64,000 bases of DNA from an uncultured archaeon (GTDB lineage Archaea; Asgardarchaeota; Thorarchaeia; Thorarchaeales; Thorarchaeaceae), in the NCBI GenBank assembly GCA_964648855.1, contig CAZYLT010000001.1, positions 342,299 through 406,298 of the forward strand, written 5' to 3'. Shown piece by piece: positions 1 to 9,526 of the stretch. Both the position numbers and the translations under genes were made by a program. Numbering within the stretch: the first letter of the stretch is position 1; every line of letters starts with the position of its first letter. A model generated the notes under the pieces. The model was given only the letters and a program-made list of their open reading frames with translations. It had not been told where the DNA came from and ran no database searches.

Positions 1-300
1 CTTGTTTTCAAAATCGAACCCCCCCTTTCGATCGGTTTCACATACCATGTCTAGATGACCTTGAAGAATCACCGATGGTGCGTTCTCCATGTCTGAATCA
101 GCTTGCTTCTTGATGAGGATGTTCCCTGCTTCATCCTCAGTCACATCAAGTTCTATTCCAAGTTCTTCTTCTTTTTTCGCAATCCACTCTTTTAGACGTC
201 GTCGAATTTTCTCCTCCTTTTTGGAGGGGCGCGGTGTTTTCGTAAAGACCTCCTCGAAAATATGCCAGACGTTCTTTGGCTTCAGCTTCTCAAGCACCAT
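1..300 (-). CDS. pepD: Aminoacyl-histidine (Xaa-His) dipeptidase, M20 peptidase family. Partial: N-terminal ~100 aa only, gene continues beyond the window start.
   Basis: My translation of the minus strand from the ATG at 300 is MVLEKLKPKNVWHIFEEVFTKTPRPSKKEEKIRRRLKEWIAKKEEELGIELDVTEDEAGNILIKKQADSDMENAPSVILQGHLDMV. This matches the PepD N-terminal pattern (LxPxxVWxxFxxIxxIPRPS ... GNIxIRK ... LQAHLDMV) as I remember it. It is not in the ORF track because it runs off the edge. Confidence 0.6.
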   Translation of the reverse strand, partial: MVLEKLKPKNVWHIFEEVFTKTPRPSKKEEKIRRRLKEWIAKKEEELGIELDVTEDEAGNILIKKQADSDMENAPSVILQGHLDMVCETDRKGGFDFENK

Positions 301-412
301 GTTGTTCAATCTCCAGTGTTTTAGAAAAAAGAGAGCCGTCTAATAGTCTTTACCGAAGAAACGCTAACCTTTTGACTGGGTTCTCAAATCCATTTTGGGT
401 GAGAGGAAAGCA

Positions 413-1288
413 ATGGTATTTGATCCAGCATTGACAAACGCGCTTCGTGAGGCGCTCCCGTGGGCAGGTCCATTCTTCTTGGCAATCACTGAGCTTGGCT
501 CTGAAACCTTTTACGTAGCCCTCATTCTCGTGGGCTACTGGGCATTTCGAAAAACAGACTCTATCAAAGTAGCATACGTCCTTCTCGCGTCAGTAGTTTC
601 AAACTACTGGCTAAAACTCGCAATAGCAAACCCAAGGCCAGATCCATCGAACTGGTTGGGTGACTACGAGGCGAGTAACTATAGCACACCAAGCGGTCAT
701 TCTCAGAACTCAGCTACGCTGTTTGGATGGATGGCTGCAAAGGCGAAAACATGGTGGATGACAATTTTATCAGGAATCCTGATATTTCTCATCGGAATCT
801 CACGAGTGTATATTGGAGTTCACTACTTAGGTGATGTCCTGCTTGGGTGGGGCGTGGGAATCTTCACAGTCATTGTGCTTTATTTTGCTGAAGAGCCATT
901 ATCTAGATACTTTGAGAGAATGAATAGCACGCTCCTTTATGGGCTCCTATTCCTCTTCGGGCTCCTGGCTACACTTGTGTCATCGTTTCTACTGCCACTG
1001 CCACTAGGAGACAATTTCGGATCTCTGGGTGGACTAATCATGGGTTTAGCAATTGGTCTTCCTTTGGAGCAGCGCTATGTTGGATTTGACACTGCTGCAC
1101 CACAGGGCCAGAACTGGCGTGTGATACTTAGGATTCTCTTTGGTCTGATTATAGTTATTGGAGTGATGATTGGACTGGCGCCAATCTTGGCGACTGAGAA
1201 TATTTTCCTTAGAGCAGTGAGATATACACTTGTTGTCATTATTGGCTCATTTGCCTGGCCTCTGATATTCAAGAAGATTGGCATCTGA
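413..1288 (+). CDS. PAP2-superfamily phosphatase (phosphatidic acid phosphatase / undecaprenyl-diphosphatase-like), polytopic membrane protein
   Basis: The three PAP2 motifs are present: KLAIANPRP (KxxxxxxRP), TPSGHS (PSGH) and SRVYIGVHYLGDV (SRxxxxxHxxxD). There are multiple hydrophobic helices. The track start at 395 is a TTG; the first in-frame ATG is at 413. Confidence 0.75.
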   Translation: MVFDPALTNALREALPWAGPFFLAITELGSETFYVALILVGYWAFRKTDSIKVAYVLLASVVSNYWLKLAIANPRPDPSNWLGDYEASNYSTPSGHSQNSATLFGWMAAKAKTWWMTILSGILIFLIGISRVYIGVHYLGDVLLGWGVGIFTVIVLYFAEEPLSRYFERMNSTLLYGLLFLFGLLATLVSSFLLPLPLGDNFGSLGGLIMGLAIGLPLEQRYVGFDTAAPQGQNWRVILRILFGLIIVIGVMIGLAPILATENIFLRAVRYTLVVIIGSFAWPLIFKKIGI

Positions 1289-1339
1289 GCTGCAAATCAA
1301 TTAGGCTCGACAGATTCAATAGCAGGAACACAATTCAAT

Positions 1340-2077
1340 ATGAGAAGTGTGAGCACAATGGAAAGTAAATTCAGTAGTCCGTTAAGCAGTCCTCTGTATC
1401 CCCCTCCACCCTACCATTACGAGAATGCAAGATTGTTTCTTTCATTATTCTATCCATCAGAGGATTCAGTTCAAACCCTTCTGCCAAAGCCCCTAATGCC
1501 CTCACAACTTCCGCTCATGGCCTTGCTTGTTGCGGAACAGCCGTGCAAAGAAACAGGTACCTTCATGGAGGCAGGCATACTCGTACAATGCATGTTTGAC
1601 AATCGCGAGTCGGGTGAAGAAGAGGTGGGCGTCTACTTCGCTCAGAACTTCGTTGATTCGGATATCGCTCTGGCTGCAGGGAGAGAGATTTGGGGCTATC
1701 CGAGAAAGCTGGCGAATATCTCTTTAGATTTGAAAGGAGATATGCTGAATGCAAAAGTCGTGCGAAACGGCAATATCTTACTCGAAACAATGTGCGAGCT
1801 CACCGATGAAGGAGAATGGATTGATAGCGGCCCCAATATCAATGCCAAAATATTACCAGAAGTGGGTGGTTCCAGCCACTCCATATTATCTCTGACCGCC
1901 ACATATCTCACATATGATATAAAGAATGGGCGCTCTGGTGATGTGCAAATAGACATTCAAGGTACACCTGATAACGGACTTGATGTCATTGAGATTGAGA
2001 GTTCCATGATCGGACTCTATTTTGATTGCGACATAACTGTCCCAGCAGGAAAAGAAATCGCCAAGTTAGAGCTATAG
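1340..2077 (+). CDS. Conserved hypothetical, possibly acetoacetate decarboxylase-like (ADC family) fold
   Basis: 245 aa, soluble, no cofactor motif seen. The length and N-terminal YPPPPYHYENARLFL segment resemble the YPxxPW region of ADC-family proteins. This is recalled from memory only. Confidence 0.35.
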   Translation: MRSVSTMESKFSSPLSSPLYPPPPYHYENARLFLSLFYPSEDSVQTLLPKPLMPSQLPLMALLVAEQPCKETGTFMEAGILVQCMFDNRESGEEEVGVYFAQNFVDSDIALAAGREIWGYPRKLANISLDLKGDMLNAKVVRNGNILLETMCELTDEGEWIDSGPNINAKILPEVGGSSHSILSLTATYLTYDIKNGRSGDVQIDIQGTPDNGLDVIEIESSMIGLYFDCDITVPAGKEIAKLEL

Positions 2078-3790
2078 ATACTCGCTCGCGTCCATTTTAG
2101 CCAATTTCAGACCAGCAAGCCTAGTGTTACGCCTAAAGAGAAGGTAGCATATCAGTGCAAAACCGGGTAGAGCAAGGTATGTGTAAAGCACATTCATGGT
2201 CAGCCCAATCGAAATCATCCCGAAAATCCCAATATAGCCCAGTAGCAGAGGGAAAATCAGAGCTCGCACCAGACTCCATATTGATATCGGCATTTGGGTT
2301 GAAGAGCCGCGCTGTCTCTCGATTTGACGCTCTGCCTTGAATTCCCCTCCATCTGCTGCTGCATAAGCGGCACTCGCACCTGATGCCATTGTCAAGAATA
2401 GCAGACCAATTGTGATGGCAGGAAGATACAGTAGCAAAATAGGAGTCAGGAAGTAGATGAAGACCGAGGTTATGACTCCGGCACCAATGGTAAATGGAAG
2501 AGCACTATACACTTTTCCCTTGAGATAATCCTGCAGATTTACACTCGCAAGCTGAAGGTTCATAATGTTATCGCCCTCATAGACTGTTTCCAATCCAGCA
2601 AAGTAATAACCATATGCGAGAGCAATTGGAATCACTGCGGATATCATTAGGTAAGGAGTGAATGCAAATATCATTTCTCCGCCTGCAAATGCTGGTAGAA
2701 TTATCCAGATTACATATCTAATGGGACCTAGGAGATACTGAGTCAATACTCTCGCTTCTCGTCTTATGGTCGAGATATTGTACCATACTGATGCACTGAT
2801 CGTTTGATTGAACTTGATGCCCGGTATTGGCTGTGGATCCCAGGTGGAGTGGTCTACGGGTGCAGCTTTCTTGGGTGTGCGTTTCTCTGCTGATGCAAGC
2901 CAGCCACTGTAATGTGCTTTTTCGCTAGCGATAGCGGTTAGATAAAGAAGGCCAACCGAGAGAAATCCATAGAAAATCGCCATAGCCAAATCCTGAATCG
3001 GGATAGGGAGTCCTACAAGAGTACGTAGTGTTATTGAGCTTGCAGCGTAGCCGGGTGTGAGGTCTGATGAGAATCCTAAGGATTGGAGAATATCAAATAC
3101 ACCCGTGAAGAGTCCAAATCCAAAACCGCCATCGGAAAGATAGAATGATGCATACCAAAGTGTACCACCGATTATCCCAGCAGCAGTGAGTATAGCATAG
3201 CCAACCTGTTTCAGTCTTCTTCGCCCCGCCACTAGCCTAGAAACCCCGAGGCCAAGTAGTCCACCAAAAGATACCCCAATAGCTATCAGCAAATACATTG
3301 ACAGAAGAAATACAGGAATAGATATGAAAGCAAAGAGAGCTGGAGACAGTATACTAAACCCAGCAAAAATCGACCCTCCAATCACCAACCAGAAAATGCT
3401 GTTGTAGAATACCGTAATGATGACCTTCTCCAAGAACAGAGTTCGGAGAGAGATGGGCATAACCATCAGATACTCCATTCGAGAGCTATTCGCAACTGTT
3501 GAAGCCATGACAGCAGTAGAGCCCAGAAAAGAGAATAACATGAGTGTGTTGAAAATTGTTGCTCCAAGCCCAGGATTTTCAGTAGCAACAGAACGTGCCA
3601 AGGGCCACAATGGTCTCCCGGGAAAAACAATGAAGAGTGTGATGATTACTGCGATAGCAATAGCTATCACCAATCTCGAAGATCTCTTCCAAAGAGGCTC
3701 AAGTTCAGTGCGTTTTCCGCCAGGATTCATAAAACGAAATGTTCTGGACAAATCTTGCCTGAGGAGGAAAATCAAATCAGATATGTTCAA
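2072..3790 (-). CDS. ABC-2 type transporter permease (multi-spanning membrane protein)
   Basis: 572 aa with more than 10 predicted hydrophobic helices. Its start overlaps the stop of the upstream ABC ATPase by 4 nt. The track start is TTG; the first ATG is at 3730. Confidence 0.6.
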   Translation of the reverse strand: MNISDLIFLLRQDLSRTFRFMNPGGKRTELEPLWKRSSRLVIAIAIAVIITLFIVFPGRPLWPLARSVATENPGLGATIFNTLMLFSFLGSTAVMASTVANSSRMEYLMVMPISLRTLFLEKVIITVFYNSIFWLVIGGSIFAGFSILSPALFAFISIPVFLLSMYLLIAIGVSFGGLLGLGVSRLVAGRRRLKQVGYAILTAAGIIGGTLWYASFYLSDGGFGFGLFTGVFDILQSLGFSSDLTPGYAASSITLRTLVGLPIPIQDLAMAIFYGFLSVGLLYLTAIASEKAHYSGWLASAEKRTPKKAAPVDHSTWDPQPIPGIKFNQTISASVWYNISTIRREARVLTQYLLGPIRYVIWIILPAFAGGEMIFAFTPYLMISAVIPIALAYGYYFAGLETVYEGDNIMNLQLASVNLQDYLKGKVYSALPFTIGAGVITSVFIYFLTPILLLYLPAITIGLLFLTMASGASAAYAAADGGEFKAERQIERQRGSSTQMPISIWSLVRALIFPLLLGYIGIFGMISIGLTMNVLYTYLALPGFALICYLLFRRNTRLAGLKLAKMDASEYL

Positions 3791-4560
3791 TTCCTCTCAC
3801 CAGAATCTTCAAGGTAACTCGCAATTAATTGCATATCGGGTCCACCAGTAAGCTCCAGGAAAATTTCTTCAAGAGAAGACTGACCTTCAGCCTTTTCGCG
3901 CAGCTCATCCAGAGTACCTTCGGCAATCATCTTGCCATCTTTAATTATTCCAACTCTATCGCACATTTGTTCTGCAATCTCTAGCACATGAGTAGACATG
4001 AGAATTGATGCCCCTCGCTTTCGCAGACCGTTGAGAATTTCTTTGACAGTTGCCGCACCCCGAGGATCTATACCTGCTTGTACTTCATCTAGAATCAAAA
4101 CCTGAGGTCTATGAACGAGAGCAGCAACCAAGCTTACCTTCCGTGTCATACCCTGTGAATATGTTTCAATGAGGTCATCGCTGGCATCCATGATATCAAG
4201 CAGTTCGAGGAGTTCCTCAATGTCTTCCGTTCTTTCTTCTCCTCGCTTGACCCTCCAAATATCTGCCACATAATTCACATATTCCCAACCAGTTAAGCGC
4301 TCAGGGAGTACGGGGTTTTCTGGAACATATCCTGTAACCCTCTTTGCCTTTACAATTTCATCCCTTATGCCATGACCGTTTATTTTGGCTGTTCCCTCTG
4401 TCGGCTTAAGCAGGCCTAGAAGCATTCGCATCGTCGTTGATTTGCCAGACCCATTTGGCCCGAGTAGGCCGTAAATTTCTCCAGAATTTACTGTGAACGA
4501 GAGATGGTCTACCGCGACAAAGTCCCCAAACTTCTTTGTAAGCTCAACAGCCTCAATCAT
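3787..4560 (-). CDS. ABC transporter ATP-binding protein
   Basis: Walker A GPNGSGKST, ABC signature YSQGMTRKVSL (LSGGQ-like), Walker B VLILDE, H-loop STHVLE. ATG start at 4560. Confidence 0.85.
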   Translation of the reverse strand: MIEAVELTKKFGDFVAVDHLSFTVNSGEIYGLLGPNGSGKSTTMRMLLGLLKPTEGTAKINGHGIRDEIVKAKRVTGYVPENPVLPERLTGWEYVNYVADIWRVKRGEERTEDIEELLELLDIMDASDDLIETYSQGMTRKVSLVAALVHRPQVLILDEVQAGIDPRGAATVKEILNGLRKRGASILMSTHVLEIAEQMCDRVGIIKDGKMIAEGTLDELREKAEGQSSLEEIFLELTGGPDMQLIASYLEDSGERN

Positions 4561-4638
4561 TGAATCTCACCGCCGAATCTGGGCTAATCACATAAATGGT
4601 TTGAGTTTCAGGTTAATTGTTTATTGGGCGTTTCAAAA

Positions 4639-4646
4639 GTATAAAA
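4639..4646 (+). promoter_or_regulatory. Archaeal TATA box (GTATAAAA) with upstream A-rich BRE-like segment. A GAGGAG Shine-Dalgarno sits at 4677-4682, 8 nt before ATG 4691.
   Basis: The TATA box lies about 48 nt upstream of the radical-SAM gene ATG, and the purine-rich SD is correctly spaced. Both seen directly in sequence. Confidence 0.35.
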
Positions 4647-4690
4647 AGAGAGTCTAAATCCTCAGAGAGCACGTCAGAGGAGTATTGGCA

Positions 4691-5818
4691 ATGGCAAGTG
4701 AGGCGTCTGAAGAGAAAAGAAAGAACCAAAGCAAAGAATCGCCCGAGTATGTTAGGACGAGTCTTGCTGCCGCAATGACCATGAACAAGCTCCCAGGAAA
4801 ATTCTATCGTGATGCAAAACTCTACTGCATCAATCTCCTTTTGACTTATGATGAAGGATGCCATGCAAGATGTGCGTATTGTGGTCTCTCAAACTCTCGA
4901 GAAGTGGATACGGATTGGGTGGACAACAGCTTCATCAGGGTTGACTGGCCAATTTATCCTCTCAACGAAGTGAAAGAGGCACTATCAGATGGAACTTGCC
5001 CGCATGTAGAGAGAGTCTGTGTCTCGATGATAACACTAGGTTGTGCTCGAGAGGACTGTTTTAAGGTCGTTTCAGAGTTAAGAGAGGTAATCCCGCAGAT
5101 TTCGGTCTTAATCACACCGACCATTTTGAATGAGAATTGGCTGATTAGAGCCAAGGAGGCTGGAGCAGACAAGGTGGGTATCGCAGTAGATGCTGCCACT
5201 CCAGAACTATTTGAGAAGCTGCGGGGAAACGGAGTCAACGGCCCCCACAAGTGGAAGAAATATTGGCAAACCGTTGAGGAAGCAGTTGAAGTATTTGGTA
5301 AAGAGAATGTTGGAATTCATTTGATAGTTGGAGTTGGAGAGACCGAAAAGGAGATGGTTGATGCAATACAACGTGCCCAAGACCTTGGCGCTGACACCCA
5401 TCTCTTTTCTTTTTTCCCAGAAGAGGGTTCAGATATGCAAGACGATCCACAGCCACCTCTGGGTACGTACCGTCGGATTCAGGCTGCACGATATCTGATA
5501 AATAACGAATTAACCTCTGCAAAGAGAATGCAATTCAATAATCAAGGTCAGATTACAGATTTTGGCATCAGCAAGACCGAGTACAATCAAATGATGTCTG
5601 AGGGAAAGGCATTCATGACCTCGGGTTGCAACGGAACAACCATGGATAATGCATGCAATCGACCCTTTGGAAATTGCACCCCCTATCAGGCCTATATTGG
5701 ACACTGGAGGAACTTCCCGCTATCCCCTGATAAGGACGATTTGAAAAAGATTGCAGAACAGATACGAGACTACTCATTGAGCTATGAGATGGACGATGAC
5801 TATTTTGAAGATGAATGA
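4691..5818 (+). CDS. Radical SAM protein, biotin-synthase-related; candidate archaeal two-component lipoyl synthase subunit (LipS1/LipS2 type)
   Basis: CHARCAYCGL CxxxCxxC radical-SAM cluster motif. There is a second Cys-rich region (CNGTTMDNACNRPFGNC). It sits directly upstream of, and overlapping, a second radical SAM gene and two LplA genes. Track start 4685 is TTG; ATG at 4691. Confidence 0.6.
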   Translation: MASEASEEKRKNQSKESPEYVRTSLAAAMTMNKLPGKFYRDAKLYCINLLLTYDEGCHARCAYCGLSNSREVDTDWVDNSFIRVDWPIYPLNEVKEALSDGTCPHVERVCVSMITLGCAREDCFKVVSELREVIPQISVLITPTILNENWLIRAKEAGADKVGIAVDAATPELFEKLRGNGVNGPHKWKKYWQTVEEAVEVFGKENVGIHLIVGVGETEKEMVDAIQRAQDLGADTHLFSFFPEEGSDMQDDPQPPLGTYRRIQAARYLINNELTSAKRMQFNNQGQITDFGISKTEYNQMMSEGKAFMTSGCNGTTMDNACNRPFGNCTPYQAYIGHWRNFPLSPDKDDLKKIAEQIRDYSLSYEMDDDYFEDE

Positions 5819-6806
5819 GAGTCTTCTTGAACAGTGCTTCGAAGCAGAGGAGTATGATCTTAAGCCACTCTTTGAGATGGCTTTTGAATTGTCAAGAAAG
5901 AAGTTCTCAGAGGACATTATCTTCTATTCTCCAGGAATGATTCATTATCAGACCGAATTTCATGAGGCAACTGACCCATTTAGGTTTCCAAGCATCTCAA
6001 TAACTGGTAATTCTTGTGCCATTGGCTGCGAGCATTGTAGAGGAAGGCTTCTAGAAAGCATGATACATGCCACTACTCCAGAGGATCTCTGGAGAATCTG
6101 TGAAGAAATTGTCAGAAAGGGAGGCTCAGGGTGTCTGATAAGCGGTGGTTCAACTTCGCGAGGCAACACACCCTTGGAGCAGTTCATACCAATAATAGAG
6201 AGAGTAAAATCCGACTTAGACCTCAATGTCGTTGTCCACACAGGAATAGTATATCCCGAGATTGCTGAGGAACTTGGTCGAGCGGGAATAGATGGAGCCA
6301 TGCTTGATATTATTGGCTCACACCAAACCTTGGAAGAGATTTACCACCTCGATATGCCAGTGAGCATATTTGAGGACTCCATGCGACTTCTTAATGAGTA
6401 TAATGTTCCAATGATGCCACATATTATTGCTGGGCTATACCATGGGAAGCTCAATGGTGAGGACCAGGCAATCCGAATGATTGGAAAATATAATCCGGAT
6501 TCAATAGTGATTGTTGCCTTTATGCCGCTCGATGACACCCCAATGGAAAAAACGAATCCAGCGACACCCATGGATATAGCGAGGGTGGTACTTGGAGCGC
6601 GGTTGTACATTCAGGACCGCCCAGTCGTTCTTGGGTGTGCACGACCTCTTGGTCTACATCGTAGAAGCCTAGACCGACTTGCTATCGATGCGGGAGTGAA
6701 TGCCATAGCCTACCCTACTGAAGAAGGATACTCCTATGCAAAGAAGAGAAACCTATCAATCGGTTTATCGGACCAATGTTGTTCCTTGATAACTAAAAAA
6801 CTGTGA
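5784..6806 (+). CDS. Radical SAM protein, second candidate lipoyl synthase subunit (LipS1/LipS2 type)
   Basis: CAIGCEHC CxxxCxxC motif. It overlaps the upstream radical SAM gene by 35 nt at ATG 5784, or by 8 nt if the ATG at 5811 is used. That ATG is embedded in gATGAATGA, a classic translational-coupling overlap. 340 aa. Confidence 0.6.
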   Translation: MRWTMTILKMNESLLEQCFEAEEYDLKPLFEMAFELSRKKFSEDIIFYSPGMIHYQTEFHEATDPFRFPSISITGNSCAIGCEHCRGRLLESMIHATTPEDLWRICEEIVRKGGSGCLISGGSTSRGNTPLEQFIPIIERVKSDLDLNVVVHTGIVYPEIAEELGRAGIDGAMLDIIGSHQTLEEIYHLDMPVSIFEDSMRLLNEYNVPMMPHIIAGLYHGKLNGEDQAIRMIGKYNPDSIVIVAFMPLDDTPMEKTNPATPMDIARVVLGARLYIQDRPVVLGCARPLGLHRRSLDRLAIDAGVNAIAYPTEEGYSYAKKRNLSIGLSDQCCSLITKKL

Positions 6807-6810
6807 TAGC

Positions 6811-8439
6811 ATGAACAGAAATGACTTCGACAAATGGCGTCTCATTGACACAGGCATTTTGACAGGTGCCCAAAATATGGCCCTTGACGACGTCATCCTC
6901 GAGTGCCATGCGTACGAGAATACTCCGAATACCATAAGATTCCTTCAGTTCAATCCATCCACTGCATTGGTAGGATATCACCAATCGATTGAACAAGAAA
7001 TCAGAATCGATTTTTGTAAACACCATGGCATAGATATAAACCGACGACTTACGGGAGGAGGAGCCATCTTGTTTACGCCGACATGTCTTGGTTGGGAAGT
7101 CTTCGCAGATAAGTCGGTGTCAAGGATTAGAGATTTGAGAACTGACCTCGATAAACTTGCCCAATTAATCTGCGAAGGAACAGTAAGAGGACTTCAAGAA
7201 TTGGGAATAGAAGCAGAGTTCAGACCCAAGAATGATATCGAGGTCAATGGACGAAAAATCTCTGGGACTGGGGGGACTGAACGAGAGGATTCGTTCATGT
7301 ACCAGGGAACATTACTCGTAGATTTTGATGTCGAGCTGATGCTAAGAGCGCTTAGAATTCCTGTAGAGAAACTGCAGGATAAGGAAATTGAAAGCGTGAA
7401 AGAGAGAGTGACATGTCTGAAGTGGGAGTTAGGCCGGGTTCCACCGTTAGCGGATATTAAGCGAGCGATAGCTGATGGATTTCAGGAGGTTCTTGACATT
7501 CAACTGCAGGACAGGGGATTGTATCCAATTGAGTCGGAAATGTATAATCAAAAACTCCCCGAATTCGAATCTGAAGATTGGATAAACATGGTGAGAAAGC
7601 CTCTTGACTGGGCGGGAACCGTAAGCACGATGCGAAAGACCCCAGGAGGATTGATCAGGGCGTCTCTTTCAATAGATATCCCAGGCAACTATATTGTGAG
7701 TTCCTTCATTACAGGAGATTTCCAGGTATTTCCCCAGAGAGCTATCATGGACTTGGAGTCAACGTTAAAGAATTCAGACGCAAGCTATGCATCCATCAGA
7801 AACAACATACTGGACTTTTTCGAGTCTTCAAGAACCAGAATTTTCGGAATACCTCCTGAAATCGTAGCAGATACGATAATTGAAGCAGTGAAGAAAAAGT
7901 CCTTCGTCAACTACGGCTTTACATTGGATGACTCAAATCAATTGATGACCGTGAACTTCTTGCCTGATGAGTTGGAACAACAGCATTTTGATTTCGTGTT
8001 GTTGCCGTATTGTGCTAAACTCCTAGGCTGCGAGTATCGGTTTGTCGAAGGATGTTCAATGTGTGGCGGATGTTCTACCAACGATGTCTATAAACAGATT
8101 ACCGAGCTGAATGTCCCCGTTAGAACAATCCAGAACTTCGAAGATCTTGTGGAGACAGTTCACGAGTTTAAAGAAAAGGGGGCGCGTGGCTACGTTGGTT
8201 CTTGCTGTGATGCCTTCTACAGTAAGCATTACCAGGATTTCGTTGACATGGGCGTACCTGCTCTTCTAGTTGACGTAGATGATTCGACATGTTATGACTT
8301 AGGAGAGGAAGAAAAGGCATACGAAGGAACTTTCGAGGGACAGACGGTGCTGAAAACTGACCTAATATTGAAGGTTATCAATACGCTAACAAATATGGGA
8401 ATACTCCACAGTGGGGTGGTTCAACATCGCTCAGTATGA
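6811..8439 (+). CDS. lplA: Lipoate-protein ligase A family enzyme with a ~170-aa C-terminal Cys-rich extension
   Basis: BPL/LPL catalytic-domain motifs RRLTGGGAILF (RRxxGGGAV) and the lysine in GRKISGTGG. 542 aa against ~340 for canonical LplA. The extension contains CxxxxC, CxxCxxC and CC clusters (CAKLLGCEYRFVEGCSMCGGC ... GSCCDAF). Confidence 0.7.
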   Translation: MNRNDFDKWRLIDTGILTGAQNMALDDVILECHAYENTPNTIRFLQFNPSTALVGYHQSIEQEIRIDFCKHHGIDINRRLTGGGAILFTPTCLGWEVFADKSVSRIRDLRTDLDKLAQLICEGTVRGLQELGIEAEFRPKNDIEVNGRKISGTGGTEREDSFMYQGTLLVDFDVELMLRALRIPVEKLQDKEIESVKERVTCLKWELGRVPPLADIKRAIADGFQEVLDIQLQDRGLYPIESEMYNQKLPEFESEDWINMVRKPLDWAGTVSTMRKTPGGLIRASLSIDIPGNYIVSSFITGDFQVFPQRAIMDLESTLKNSDASYASIRNNILDFFESSRTRIFGIPPEIVADTIIEAVKKKSFVNYGFTLDDSNQLMTVNFLPDELEQQHFDFVLLPYCAKLLGCEYRFVEGCSMCGGCSTNDVYKQITELNVPVRTIQNFEDLVETVHEFKEKGARGYVGSCCDAFYSKHYQDFVDMGVPALLVDVDDSTCYDLGEEEKAYEGTFEGQTVLKTDLILKVINTLTNMGILHSGVVQHRSV

Positions 8440-9478
8440 TGTCGTCGTAGTTGGAGGAGGCCCCTCCGGCGCAGTTACTTCGCTTCTTCTGGCAAAAGAT
8501 GGCATGAAGGTCCTCCTACTTGAAAAGGGACATGAAAAAAGGCACAAAGCCTGTGGAGGAGTATTGCCTTCTGTTGCCCCTGATACCATTGAAGACATAA
8601 TAGACTCGGAAATTCCTGAGGAGGTTTTCGAAAATCCGAGAGAATTGGGTCTCTACTACGTTCCTCCAAGCGGGCCTAATAGTGGAGGTAGAGTTCGAAA
8701 CTACACCATTCATAATATAAATCGAACCCGTTTCGATTTTTGGTTACGCGAGTTAGCTGAAGAGGCAGAAGTGGAAATCCGATACAACACAAAAGCCACT
8801 TCAGTTTCAATAAATGAGAAGTCAACTAGGGTATCAATTCAGGGGCAGAAGGCAACTATCGAAACGCCTATTCTGGTTGGTGCAGATGGAGTAAGGTCGA
8901 CTGTTCGTAAATCCCTTTTTTCCGACACCAATGTTCCAATCATGGTCGTGGGCCAAGAGAAATGGATTGCGAAAGGAGATTTTGAAGACTGCTTTTACGG
9001 ATTCTTTCATGACAAATATTCAGTAGCTTATGCATACCTGATACCCAAACAAGATAGTATCCTCATTGGTCTTGGTGTGGAACCAAACAGAAAGCCAAGT
9101 TATGCGGAATCGCTAGATAGCTTTCGTTCAATGCTAATTGATGAGTTCTCGTTTGCCCCTGAAAAGATTGTTCGAAGGGAAAGTTGGGCAATTCCATTTG
9201 GATATTTCATGCCAGGTAAAGAGAATGCGATACTGGTCGGTGATGCTGCAGGGCTCTGTAATCCATTGTCTGGAGAGGGGATTAGATTGGCAATTGAGTC
9301 AGCGGAGTCAGCAGCCAATATCATTGCACATGCAGATCAATCTAAAATCATAGAAGATTATCAGCATGAGGTGAAAGGACTAGCTGATATGATTAATGAC
9401 CTCAATGATTTTGTAAGAGGGCTTGATAACGAAAAACGCGAACAATTTGTCTCAGAGGAACTATCAAGAGGATTCTGA
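8411..9478 (+). CDS. FAD-dependent oxidoreductase of the geranylgeranyl reductase (GGR) family
   Basis: N-terminal Rossmann DVVVVGGGPSGA, the GGR-type conserved Cys motif KACGGVLP, and a C-terminal GD motif LVGDAAGLCNPLSGEGI. GTG start overlaps the upstream LplA by 29 nt. Confidence 0.7.
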   Translation: MGWFNIAQYDVVVVGGGPSGAVTSLLLAKDGMKVLLLEKGHEKRHKACGGVLPSVAPDTIEDIIDSEIPEEVFENPRELGLYYVPPSGPNSGGRVRNYTIHNINRTRFDFWLRELAEEAEVEIRYNTKATSVSINEKSTRVSIQGQKATIETPILVGADGVRSTVRKSLFSDTNVPIMVVGQEKWIAKGDFEDCFYGFFHDKYSVAYAYLIPKQDSILIGLGVEPNRKPSYAESLDSFRSMLIDEFSFAPEKIVRRESWAIPFGYFMPGKENAILVGDAAGLCNPLSGEGIRLAIESAESAANIIAHADQSKIIEDYQHEVKGLADMINDLNDFVRGLDNEKREQFVSEELSRGF

Positions 9479-9526
9479 TAGCAAGAGATATAGTTGCCAA
9501 TCGCACACATTCTTTTTGTGTCCACT

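Noticed and set aside
89-343. 84-aa plus-strand ORF at the window start
   Set aside because: It is low-complexity (S/F/R-rich) and lies exactly antisense to a well-supported PepD-like N-terminus on the minus strand, so it is an antisense artefact.
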